A stretch of 64,000 nt of DNA. It comes from Melioribacteraceae bacterium (GTDB lineage: Bacteria > Bacteroidota > Ignavibacteria > Ignavibacteriales > Melioribacteraceae). The DNA lies in contig JAIOZI010000021.1 in NCBI GenBank assembly GCA_021740785.1, positions 824 to 64,823 of the forward strand, in the 5' to 3' direction. Shown piece after piece: positions 9,377 through 17,308 of this stretch. Positions within the stretch are counted from its first letter, which is position 1. Each line of letters opens with the position of its first letter. The notes under the pieces were generated by a model. That model was not told where the DNA came from. It searched no databases and worked only from the letters and a program-made list of their open reading frames with translations. Position numbers and translations under genes: made by a program.

Positions 9377-11355
9377 TGCGATTTATTTTTACGGCAATTA
9401 TTTATCTATCTGCTGCCTCATATATTATTCCGCAGATTGATACTAACTTTATCTCAAAAGATTTTATCGATCAATTATTGGAGGATTCTTCCATTGAAGA
9501 AGAGGATTCCGAATTATACGATCTAATCGAGTATTACTATAATAATCCCGTAAACATTAACTCTGCGGATTACAATTCACTATCGGCGGTTCCGTTCCTC
9601 AACGAAGTAACTGCTGAGGCAATTATTAATTACAGGAATCAAAATCAAAAATTCTTTTCAGTTTCTGAATTGAAATTGATTGAGGAAATCGACAACCAAT
9701 TATTCCAAAAAATTAGATTATTTGTATCCGTCAAGAAAAGAGAAATCATGGTTAAAGAGCAGCCAAAAAGTTTTTACTCCGAAATAGATCTTGAAATCAG
9801 GAACAGGGTAATAAGTAATTTGCAAAACGCAAAAGGATATATTGATAAAAATTATTCAGGGAATAAATTAAAAAGTTACAACCGGTTAAAAGCCGGGTAT
9901 AAAAATTACAAAGCCGGAATACTTATTGAAAAAGATGCGGGCGAAATGAGTTACACGGATTATGTATCCGCACACATTTCGATTGAAAATTTTTCCATAT
10001 TTCGTAAAATCATTCTTGGTGATTACTTAGTGGAGTTCGGACAGGGTTTGGCGATGTGGAGCCCTTATTCGTTTTCCAAGGGAAGCGATGCCGTGGGTAC
10101 TATCAATAAACGGAACAGGGGAATTATCCAATATACAAGTGCAGACGAAAATAATTTTTTGCGCGGAGCTGCCGTAAAATTTGAATTTGAGAATCTTACA
10201 CTAACAACATTTCTCTCAAAAAATGAAGTCGATGCAAATATAGATCCAGTTTCTAACGTAATTACATCTTTGCCGGTTACCGGTTATCATCGAACAATAA
10301 ATGAGATTAATAATAAAAATAGACTGACCTTAAACACGTTCGGAGCTTCGGCTGATTTTCATCCGTTACAAAACATCAGTTTGAGTTTATTAACAATACA
10401 GAATAATTTCAGTTCAGAATTTCCGGATGATAGTCCGTTCGATTTATCAGGCAACGAATTCAGGCAGTATTCATTCGCATATACATTTTTCATCGATAAA
10501 GTTTCATTAACCGGGGAGACATCATTCAATTCAGTGTCGGTTGCGAATCTTCACAATCTCAAGCTATTTATTAATGATAATCTTACCTTCGTCACTTCTG
10601 TAAGAAATTATCCCAGAAACTTTTTCACGGTCTTTGCAAATGGATTCGGGGAATCAAACAACACACAAAATGAATTCGGTTTTTATTCCGGTCTGCAATT
10701 AAAAATAAATCCGCTCAGAATAAATATTTATTACGACCACTTTAAATTTCCTTTTGCATCATATTTAAATCCGCTCCCCGCTTCCGGGAACGAATTTATG
10801 ACAAACATTGAGTACAAACTAAACCGGGATATATTTTTTACGTTTCGTTATCAGAATGAAACAAAAGAAATAAGTTACGTGACCGCTTCCGAAGAATTAA
10901 TCACAAAAAGATTAACCAATAAATACCGCATTGAAATGAAAAACCGGGCTGCTAATAATTTATTTTTAAAGACGCGAATTGAATACCATACTTTTGAATT
11001 GGACGAACTAAATAATTTCGAAGATGGTTTTTTGATTTATCAGGATATAAAAACAATTCCGTTCGATAATCTATCCGCATATTTCCGGTTCGTAATATTC
11101 AACACGCAAAGTTACAATACCCGCATCTACGAATTTGAAAATGATTTATACGGAATGATGAGTAATACTGCACTGTTCGGTGAAGGTTACAGATGGTATC
11201 TATTGATAAAGTATAAGGTCTTTAACATGCTGACATTTTCTATAAAATATTCGGAGACAATCAAACCCGCAGAAGAAAGTTTCGGTTCCGGCAATTCGGA
11301 AAAATTCACCGATCACGATAATTATCTTAACCTGCAATTCGATCTCAAATTTTAA
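9376..11355 (+). CDS. ComEA-like helix-hairpin-helix domain fused to a large predicted outer-membrane beta-barrel
   Basis: NPVNINSADYNSLSAVPFLNEVTAEAIINYRNQNQKFFSVSELKLIEEID is a ComEA-type HhH pair. The remaining ~500 aa is aromatic-rich alternating strand sequence ending in LQFDLKF (C-terminal Phe). ATG overlaps the upstream stop. Confidence 0.55.
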   Translation: MRFIFTAIIYLSAASYIIPQIDTNFISKDFIDQLLEDSSIEEEDSELYDLIEYYYNNPVNINSADYNSLSAVPFLNEVTAEAIINYRNQNQKFFSVSELKLIEEIDNQLFQKIRLFVSVKKREIMVKEQPKSFYSEIDLEIRNRVISNLQNAKGYIDKNYSGNKLKSYNRLKAGYKNYKAGILIEKDAGEMSYTDYVSAHISIENFSIFRKIILGDYLVEFGQGLAMWSPYSFSKGSDAVGTINKRNRGIIQYTSADENNFLRGAAVKFEFENLTLTTFLSKNEVDANIDPVSNVITSLPVTGYHRTINEINNKNRLTLNTFGASADFHPLQNISLSLLTIQNNFSSEFPDDSPFDLSGNEFRQYSFAYTFFIDKVSLTGETSFNSVSVANLHNLKLFINDNLTFVTSVRNYPRNFFTVFANGFGESNNTQNEFGFYSGLQLKINPLRINIYYDHFKFPFASYLNPLPASGNEFMTNIEYKLNRDIFFTFRYQNETKEISYVTASEELITKRLTNKYRIEMKNRAANNLFLKTRIEYHTFELDELNNFEDGFLIYQDIKTIPFDNLSAYFRFVIFNTQSYNTRIYEFENDLYGMMSNTALFGEGYRWYLLIKYKVFNMLTFSIKYSETIKPAEESFGSGNSEKFTDHDNYLNLQFDLKF

Positions 11356-11356
11356 A
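11242..11356 (+). repeat. direct repeat copy 1 (last 115 nt of the 9376..11355 CDS plus stop)
   Basis: Aligns base for base with 17024..17138. I count 6 mismatches in 115 nt and no gaps. Confidence 0.9.
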
Positions 11357-11783
11357 TCGATAAAGCTGACCGTAAGAACTAATCTCTGGTTTTGGGAAGC
11401 TTTATCCCTCTTAACTGATAAGTGTATGAGGGACTTCCCGGAACTGCTTTCTGTTTCATTTGATTTCTTTTCGAGAGCTCGCTCTCCTCTCTGAAAAGGA
11501 AAGGTTAATTCGTAGGGACAGAAAATATTCTGTCCCTACAGCCATTTTGGAATTAAAATAATATTCCCCTTTTCTCCCACTCAAAATCAATAGAAAACAC
11601 TTCTCCTTCCCTGATAAAAAACATCTGAGCGGGTCTGTCGAAATGAAAATATTTGATTTTGAGATGGTTTGTGTGAGCCTTTACGCCCGAGGTATTGATT
11701 CTCGAACATCTTAGATATTCAAATTTTTGTAGAGAACCATTTTCATTAACCCAGATTTTCCATTGGAAAATCTGCCCTTCGGG

Positions 11784-11879
11784 CCGACAATTTGTAAGTT
11801 AGGAAATATCAGATATTTAGTCATATAGAAATTTTAGAATTTGTTATTTAAGTAAAATATTTATCTTACAAATTGTCGG
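11784..11879. repeat. 96-bp element with perfect 15-bp terminal inverted repeats (MITE-like)
   Basis: ccgacaatttgtaag (11784..11798) and cttacaaattgtcgg (11865..11879) are exact reverse complements. The interior is AT-rich. Confidence 0.7.
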
Positions 11880-12905
11880 GGTTAACCCCGCAATCTAAAA
11901 TGTTTTATTAAAACATTTTATGAGCGGCCAACGGCAAAAAGTTCATTTCCAATGAATTTTTTGGGTTTAACAATCAGATCATTGGAGATGATCAATAAAA
12001 TCATATCCACAGATTGTTTTCAATTATGAATCCTCTACAAGGATTAAATCATATGGTCATTTCATCAGTCTAAAATAATTTTAACCTCTACGAGGTTGAC
12101 AGTTCTTTCAGTGACGGGAACTGTTACCCAAATCAACTATGATTTATGGCTTATGCTCGAGTGTCGTAAACCTTTATCCGTTGTAACTAACAAGTGTAGG
12201 CGGGATTTCCCGACACCATGCTTTATGGCTTATCTATCGTCATGATGTGGGTCTTGACGACCTAGATATTGGGCTAAAGCCCACTTACTTTTTTCAATTT
12301 ATCTATCTCCGCCATAAATGACGGAGCTATTTTAGTGAACGAGTGATTAAGATTCAGAAACTGTTTTTTCTTTTGCTCTTTATCTTATTCTTAATCTTCT
12401 ATGTCCGGGTGTCGGGAACCTATATCCCTCGTAACTGATAAGCGTATGAGGAACTTCCCGACACTGGTTTCTGTTTCATTTGGTTTTCAGATTTAGTTTT
12501 TTGTAAACTCACCTTTATCTCGTCAGAGTCCACCGAAGTTCGTAGAATCTCGTAGAGTCCGAAAGACGCTTCGGAGTCTTTAGACCGTTAGATTCTATCC
12601 GACAGACCTCGTCGGTTTGTTCGAGACCGAAGGGCGGAATCTAACGATCTGCCGACCTCCCAACCTTCATTTTATTATAGTTGGTAAATCTTCATAAGAG
12701 GGGACAGATTTGTATAAATCCGAAAACCTAAGTTTCTTTTCAAGAACTCGTTCCCCTCTCAAAAAAGAGAGGGGAAAAGTTGGGGTGAGTTATGAATTGC
12801 TTTTTAGCAATCTATCTTTTGGTTTTGCAATAAGTTTAATTGGCAATACCGGAATCTCAATTGCTGCTACGGATGCGCGAATGGTTGTTCAGTTGTTTAG
12901 TAATG

Positions 12906-12980
12906 TAGAGCCGATCGCCTGATCGGCTCTAAAAATTCTTTCATTCAAATTAATTTTAGCGATTCAGCGAATCGCTCTAC
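12906..12980 (-). terminator. pair of convergent GTAG-headed hairpins directly 3' of the 12983..14626 CDS
   Basis: tagagccgatc-gcct-gatcggctcta (12906..12931). On the minus strand, gtag-agcgattc-gct-gaatcgct (12980..12958) starts 2 nt after the stop codon. No clean U-tract, so this may be an REP-type mRNA end rather than a classical terminator. Confidence 0.4.
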
Positions 12981-12982
12981 AA

Positions 12983-14626
12983 TCATTGCATCAACACAAA
13001 CTTCTTACTAGCCGAAAACTCACCTGACGTTATTCTATAAATATAAACACCGCTGGAAAGTTTGCTGCCGTCAAATGTGAACTCGTATCGTCCTTGTGTT
13101 TTGAATTCATTCACTAGGGTTTGTATTTCTCTGCCGAGTATGTCGTATAATTTTATTACTACTCGTCCTTCTTTAGGAAGCTGATACACGATGTTGGTAG
13201 TTGGGTTGAAGGGGTTAGGATAATTCTGATACAATTCATATTCATCCGGAATCTTTACTACTTTTTCTTTTACATCTGTTTCCACATCAGGGGTGTAAAT
13301 TATACTGAAATCCTCTCTAACTCCATCAACTGTTTGACCTTGGTTAATAAATATTTCTTCCCACCCATCATTATCCATATCATACATGGTTGCACCAAAA
13401 TACTTGCCGCCATTATTTGCCCGCGGATTTTTCTTATAATAATATATCTCATAATTGTGTTGATTAGAATTACCGGTAAATTTTAATATTATTACTCGTT
13501 GATCTACACAAATGAATAATTCCTCCGTTCCGTCTTTGTCGATATCTATTGCAAAACTGTTGCCCGCCCAGAATGAAAACACACCCACAATATCAATAAT
13601 ATGTACCGGGAGATAAGAATTATCCCCTATAGCTTCAAAGCATGTAAACCTTGTGATAGGAACTCCGTTGTAATATGCATCTCCCCCCACCCAGAACTCT
13701 TTAAAACCATTCTTGTTTATATCATTTGTAGCAATATGATGATAAATGTTATATGTGGATACGTAAGACTGCCAAGTCACCCGGTATCCACTTGAGGGAT
13801 CATATTCAATTATTTCTACTTTACCTTCCGGGTCGCCGAACACAATTTCTTCATATCCGTCATTATCAATATCCTTAACTGAAAATCCAACCGACCAATT
13901 CAGATCCTCATAATCATAGGTAAATGTAGTATCAAAATTATTTTTAATTTCATTATACTCAACAATTCTAACTACAGTTGGTTCAGATCCAACCGTAACA
14001 TAAACCATATCTTGAATACCATTTTTATCAAAATCACCGAAGGTCGGATTGTTAAACTGAACATTAGGACGATAAATAAAATCTAATTCCGTCGGAAGTG
14101 AATCCGGAGCGGGTTGTTTATAAACATATCCGGCATATCCCAGCCATGTTGACATTGTGGAAGCCATCAATCTATTTGGTATATCGCTATTCTCAGCGCT
14201 GAAAACACCAAGCATACCGCCTATCGTGTCCTGATACACATACTTTTCTTTAAACACTTCTTCTAAAGAATCGTACTCCATAACAAAATTATACGATACT
14301 AACCCTTTGGAAAGTAGCACATATCTCCCATATAGTTCTGTTTGATTATCATTATCAAAATCTGCAATAGTAATTGTTCTAAATGAATTCATTGATACAT
14401 TAACTCTGCTATGAAATAAATACTTTGAACTGTATAGACTAGTATCTATATCGGCAAGAAAAATAGTAGTCGTATCAATTGCTTTATCTGAAAGGTTTTT
14501 ATCATTGTTGAAATCCCATGATATTTTATAAGGCATATCTTCATTCAAAATACTTTGCTGTGCTGAGAGAATTATTGTAATTGATAACATACAAACTAAG
14601 TATAATAATTTTTTCTGTATAAACAT
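12983..14626 (-). CDS. FG-GAP/VCBS-like repeat protein with T9SS C-terminal sorting domain
   Basis: Signal peptide. Repeated Ca-binding-type loops: DFDNDNQTELY, DFDKNGIQDMVY, DIDNDGYEEIVFG, DINKNGFKEFWVG, DIDKDGTEELFI, YDMDNDGWEEIFI. C-terminus YPNPFNPTTNI...GVYIYRI...KFVLMQ is a T9SS type A CTD. Confidence 0.75.
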   Translation of the reverse strand: MFIQKKLLYLVCMLSITIILSAQQSILNEDMPYKISWDFNNDKNLSDKAIDTTTIFLADIDTSLYSSKYLFHSRVNVSMNSFRTITIADFDNDNQTELYGRYVLLSKGLVSYNFVMEYDSLEEVFKEKYVYQDTIGGMLGVFSAENSDIPNRLMASTMSTWLGYAGYVYKQPAPDSLPTELDFIYRPNVQFNNPTFGDFDKNGIQDMVYVTVGSEPTVVRIVEYNEIKNNFDTTFTYDYEDLNWSVGFSVKDIDNDGYEEIVFGDPEGKVEIIEYDPSSGYRVTWQSYVSTYNIYHHIATNDINKNGFKEFWVGGDAYYNGVPITRFTCFEAIGDNSYLPVHIIDIVGVFSFWAGNSFAIDIDKDGTEELFICVDQRVIILKFTGNSNQHNYEIYYYKKNPRANNGGKYFGATMYDMDNDGWEEIFINQGQTVDGVREDFSIIYTPDVETDVKEKVVKIPDEYELYQNYPNPFNPTTNIVYQLPKEGRVVIKLYDILGREIQTLVNEFKTQGRYEFTFDGSKLSSGVYIYRITSGEFSASKKFVLMQ

Positions 14627-14647
14627 GCTTTTTACCTTTAATATATT

Positions 14648-14670
14648 AACTCCCCCGGGTTGGGGGAGTT
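14648..14670 (-). terminator. GC-rich hairpin after the 14685..16361 CDS
   Basis: aactccccc-gggtt-gggggagtt, a 9-bp perfect stem 15 nt after the stop. Weak U-tract. Confidence 0.4.
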
Positions 14671-14684
14671 GATAGTTGAATTAA

Positions 14685-16361
14685 TTACTTTTGCAATATC
14701 ATTTTCGATGTGGATACGAAATCACCTGCAATAAGCCTATAGATATAAATACCGCTCGAAAGATTACCGCCTGTGAAAGGAACTTCATAAATTCCTTTTT
14801 CAAGATTGTCGTTTACCAAATCAGCTATCTTTTCTCCTAAGTTATTGTAAACAGCCAAATGAACATCGCTGGCTTTCGGCACTGCAAAACGTATGTTCGT
14901 TGTCGGGTTGAATGGATTCGGGTAATTTGAGTACAGTTTATATTCTTTTATCTCCATTTGATTTTCAGAAATGTCGATTCTTTTCCAAAGGTAATCTGTG
15001 GTCCCGGTTACAGATTCAACATCTGTGTAATCAGATTCGTGATTATTTTTATCTACTGCTTTAATTTTATATTCAATCGTGTAAACCGGGTCAAATTTAC
15101 CGAGTTTATCAACATAGAGATCAGTCCATGTAGATACAGTGCCGGAAACATAACCTGTTTGTGCCCAGCCGGTTTCACCTACTACTCTTTTATAAATGTC
15201 ATAAGTATCTATATCCGGTTCTGAATTTTTGTCCCAATTTAATACCGGGTGAGCGCCGCCGGTAAAAGAAGCGTCAAAGTTTTGCGGCACAAAAGGTACT
15301 GCATCATACTGCTTAAATTGATAGCTTGTCTCATCCCAGCATACAAATATCTCGTTATTCACAGCAAATGCTCTTGCCAAATACGAATCATTTGAGGATA
15401 AAGTGGAAGGACTTGACCATGAACTCCCATTGAAAGTACGATATACTAAATCTTCATCAAGTTCCTGATAAAATACATATTCAGTACCATTATAGCACTG
15501 GACGAAAGAAACTAAGTTTTCATAAGTTGCTGCTTGTTCTAACCTAACTGGTGTGGCCCAGTTTGCACTTCCGTGATTTCTCCATGTCACATATAAGTCA
15601 TTGTGGAAATTGTTCATACCTGCTACGAACTTATAATAAAAATGGAATAGTTGTGATGAAGTAGAAAACAACTTTTCTACACTTGATCCATCAGCTTGTG
15701 ATTGCTCCGGATTATCCCATGTATCACTAGTTATTGTACATTTCCTTAGCTTAGTATTTCCGTAATTACTATAAGGGTCGTTGTAATCACCTGTATTATA
15801 CCCTATATAAACACTATCTTCACAGTATGTTATTGAAGGAAGTGTTCCTACTTCATCTACTACATCAGTTACATGTTTATACCCTTCTTGACTATGATTT
15901 ATATAATCATATCTTTGGTAATAGGTTTCGTAATCCCCGCTTACTTTCTTAGCCCAAGTAACATTTATTCCATCAGGAGTTAAAACTGCATCAACACCAC
16001 CGCAATCTGTTGTACCCATGCTAATTGCAGTAACAAGACTCCAATTACTACCGGAATCTGTGGAATACTTTATTCTAACATAGCTGCTCTTCTGATAAGC
16101 TAAATAAATTCTATTATTATCACCGGTTATGCTTATAAATTTCGAGATACTTGTATCAACGTTTGTCTCAGTCTGTACTGCGCCGGAAGAGTTCAGAAGA
16201 TAGTACTTAAGATATTTTGTTCCGCTAACATCTTCGTATGCAGCAACATGAATTCCATCATCATTCGCGAATATTTCATGTCCGCCGTTTAGCCCATACG
16301 AATGGTACAAATCTATATCATTTATTGTTACTGTTGAATTCCAGCCTTGAGCAAACAACAT
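14685..16361 (-). CDS. secreted BNR/Asp-box plus fibronectin-III-like protein with T9SS C-terminal sorting domain; 5' end disrupted by a tetranucleotide repeat
   Basis: Asp-box YSTDSGSNWS. FN3-like segment PQNFDASFTGG..LNWDKNSEPDIDTYDIYKR. CTD YPNPFNPTTNIRF...GIYIYRL...KMILQK. The listed Met (16361) lies inside the signal peptide; see the finding on 16366..16461. Confidence 0.7.
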   Translation of the reverse strand: MLFAQGWNSTVTINDIDLYHSYGLNGGHEIFANDDGIHVAAYEDVSGTKYLKYYLLNSSGAVQTETNVDTSISKFISITGDNNRIYLAYQKSSYVRIKYSTDSGSNWSLVTAISMGTTDCGGVDAVLTPDGINVTWAKKVSGDYETYYQRYDYINHSQEGYKHVTDVVDEVGTLPSITYCEDSVYIGYNTGDYNDPYSNYGNTKLRKCTITSDTWDNPEQSQADGSSVEKLFSTSSQLFHFYYKFVAGMNNFHNDLYVTWRNHGSANWATPVRLEQAATYENLVSFVQCYNGTEYVFYQELDEDLVYRTFNGSSWSSPSTLSSNDSYLARAFAVNNEIFVCWDETSYQFKQYDAVPFVPQNFDASFTGGAHPVLNWDKNSEPDIDTYDIYKRVVGETGWAQTGYVSGTVSTWTDLYVDKLGKFDPVYTIEYKIKAVDKNNHESDYTDVESVTGTTDYLWKRIDISENQMEIKEYKLYSNYPNPFNPTTNIRFAVPKASDVHLAVYNNLGEKIADLVNDNLEKGIYEVPFTGGNLSSGIYIYRLIAGDFVSTSKMILQK

Positions 16362-16385
16362 TGAACTAAATAGAATAATGATTAA

Positions 16386-16432
16386 GAGTGAGTGAGTGAG
16401 TGAGTGAGTGAGTGAGTGAGTGAGTGAGTGAG
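16386..16432 (-). repeat. tetranucleotide microsatellite: (GAGT)11 + GAG on the plus strand, (ACTC)n on the coding strand
   Basis: Counted directly: 11 full GAGT units from 16386 to 16429, plus GAG at 16430..16432. Confidence 0.95.
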
Positions 16433-16660
16433 AATCTAACCGGATGCGATATCTTTTCCATTATAATTTCTCCTAATTATTTTAATTATAGTAATTAATT
16501 TACTTTTAGTCAATTCAATTGGACCTGCACATAGTTCAGCATCACAATCAAAGCTATATAAACCCAGAAGTAAATATTTGAAAACCAAGCAGCATGCACT
16601 GCCCTGCTATTTTGTAATTAGAGTTAAGATGAATATAAGAATAAATAAGCGTCTGCGCAT

Positions 16661-16694
16661 CCGTAAATTTACGGAAAGCCTTCCGTAAATTTAC
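16661..16694. promoter_or_regulatory. 14-bp perfect palindrome CCGTAAATTTACGG followed by a second TCCGTAAATTTAC half-repeat
   Basis: ccgtaaatttacgg at 16661..16674 and ttccgtaaatttac at 16681..16694, about 200 nt upstream of the ATG at 16461 on the minus strand. Operator-like, function unknown. Confidence 0.3.
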
Positions 16695-16992
16695 TGAAGA
16701 CTATTAAACTATATGTTCTTTAAGTATGCGCATTTCTTGCGTTTTCAGTCTAAAACGCAAATTCTTTGTTAAGACTTCCATAATCAAACTGCGGGCATAA
16801 AAAAAAGAATAAATTTGGCGATGCTTTTCAAATTCCAATTCACTCATTTCATTTCTTAACATTTCTGGTTGGATTTATTCAAGAATTTCGAGAACTTCTT
16901 CCCTTATTTTTCGCAACCTTCATTATATAGCGGTAAGTAAATCTTAACAAAAGAGAAAATATTATTTAATTCCGAAAACCTTTTTTATCTCG

Positions 16993-17018
16993 GGTGTCGG
17001 GAACCACTTCCCGACACC
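16993..17018. repeat. perfect 11-bp hairpin ggtgtcgggaa-ccac-ttcccgacacc (same family as 12409..12474)
   Basis: Exact reverse-complement arms. The gtgtcgggaa / ttcccgacac arms are also the outer stem of the 12409..12487 element. It sits 5 nt before direct repeat copy 2. Confidence 0.85.
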
Positions 17019-17023
17019 GGCAC

Positions 17024-17138
17024 ATAAAATATTCGGAGACAATCAAACCCGCAGAGGAAAGTTTCGGTTCCGGCAATTCGGAAAAATTCACTGATCGCGA
17101 TAATTATCTTAACTTGCAAATTGATCTCAAATTTTAAA
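17024..17138 (+). repeat. direct repeat copy 2: orphan 3' gene fragment
   Basis: Encodes IKYSETIKPAEESFGSGNSEKFTDRDNYLNLQIDLKF*, versus ...TDHDNYLNLQFDLKF* at the end of the intact gene. No upstream ORF is attached. Confidence 0.9.
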
Positions 17139-17308
17139 GCGGTAGTGTTAATTGCCTTTAAGCTGAAAATCTAAAAATCATAATTAGCAGCTACTCATTC
17201 AATAATAAACTTGCAATCGTTATTATTTTCCCTATTTTCCTTGCTAAATAAGTCATGTCTCTCTAATTTTGATCAAACAAATTCTTCATATTTATTGAGG
17301 TGAAAGTA

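Larger units (their letters stand above)
11390..12980. repeat. 1.6-kb gene-free field of REP-like palindromic hairpins (several repeat families)
   Basis: No credible ORF. At least 15 GC-rich hairpins sit in an AT-rich background. Examples: gtagggacagaa-aata-ttctgtccctac (11512..11539); cagattttcca-tt-ggaaaatctg (11752..11774); gcccttcgggc; cggggttaaccccg (11877..11890); tgggctaaagccca; tcccctctc-aaaaaa-gagagggga (~12751..12775). A family of three related ~75-nt nested hairpins lies at 11393..11467, 12161..12216 and 12409..12487. Many stems are headed by GTAG/GTAT. Confidence 0.8.

Noticed and set aside
12710-12922. 70-aa plus-strand ORF in the hairpin field
   Set aside because: It reads straight through the tcccctctc/gagagggga and gtagagccgatc hairpins, has a TTG start with no SD, and is low-complexity. 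It is a by-product of the repeats.
11356-12982. Possibility that the gene-free region is a CRISPR array or a known structured RNA (tmRNA, RNase P, SRP, 6S, tRNA)
   Set aside because: The repeats are not identical, not regularly spaced and not of uniform length, and no cas genes are present. I found none of the conserved tmRNA, RNase P or tRNA T-loop strings by eye. An unknown large RNA cannot be excluded without covariance analysis.
16704-16862. 52-aa minus-strand ORF (MLRNEMSELEFEKHRQIYSFFYARSLIMEVLTKNLRFRLKTQEMRILKEHIV), below the ORF-track cut-off
   Set aside because: It has no SD and contains the 9-bp-stem hairpin 16737..16760 in its coding sequence, with no recognisable motif. It may be a gene remnant, but it is not supportable.
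11357-17023. Calling the repeat-bracketed segment a mobile element
   Set aside because: It contains no integrase, transposase, relaxase or phage gene. It is reported as a repeat-flanked island or scar only.
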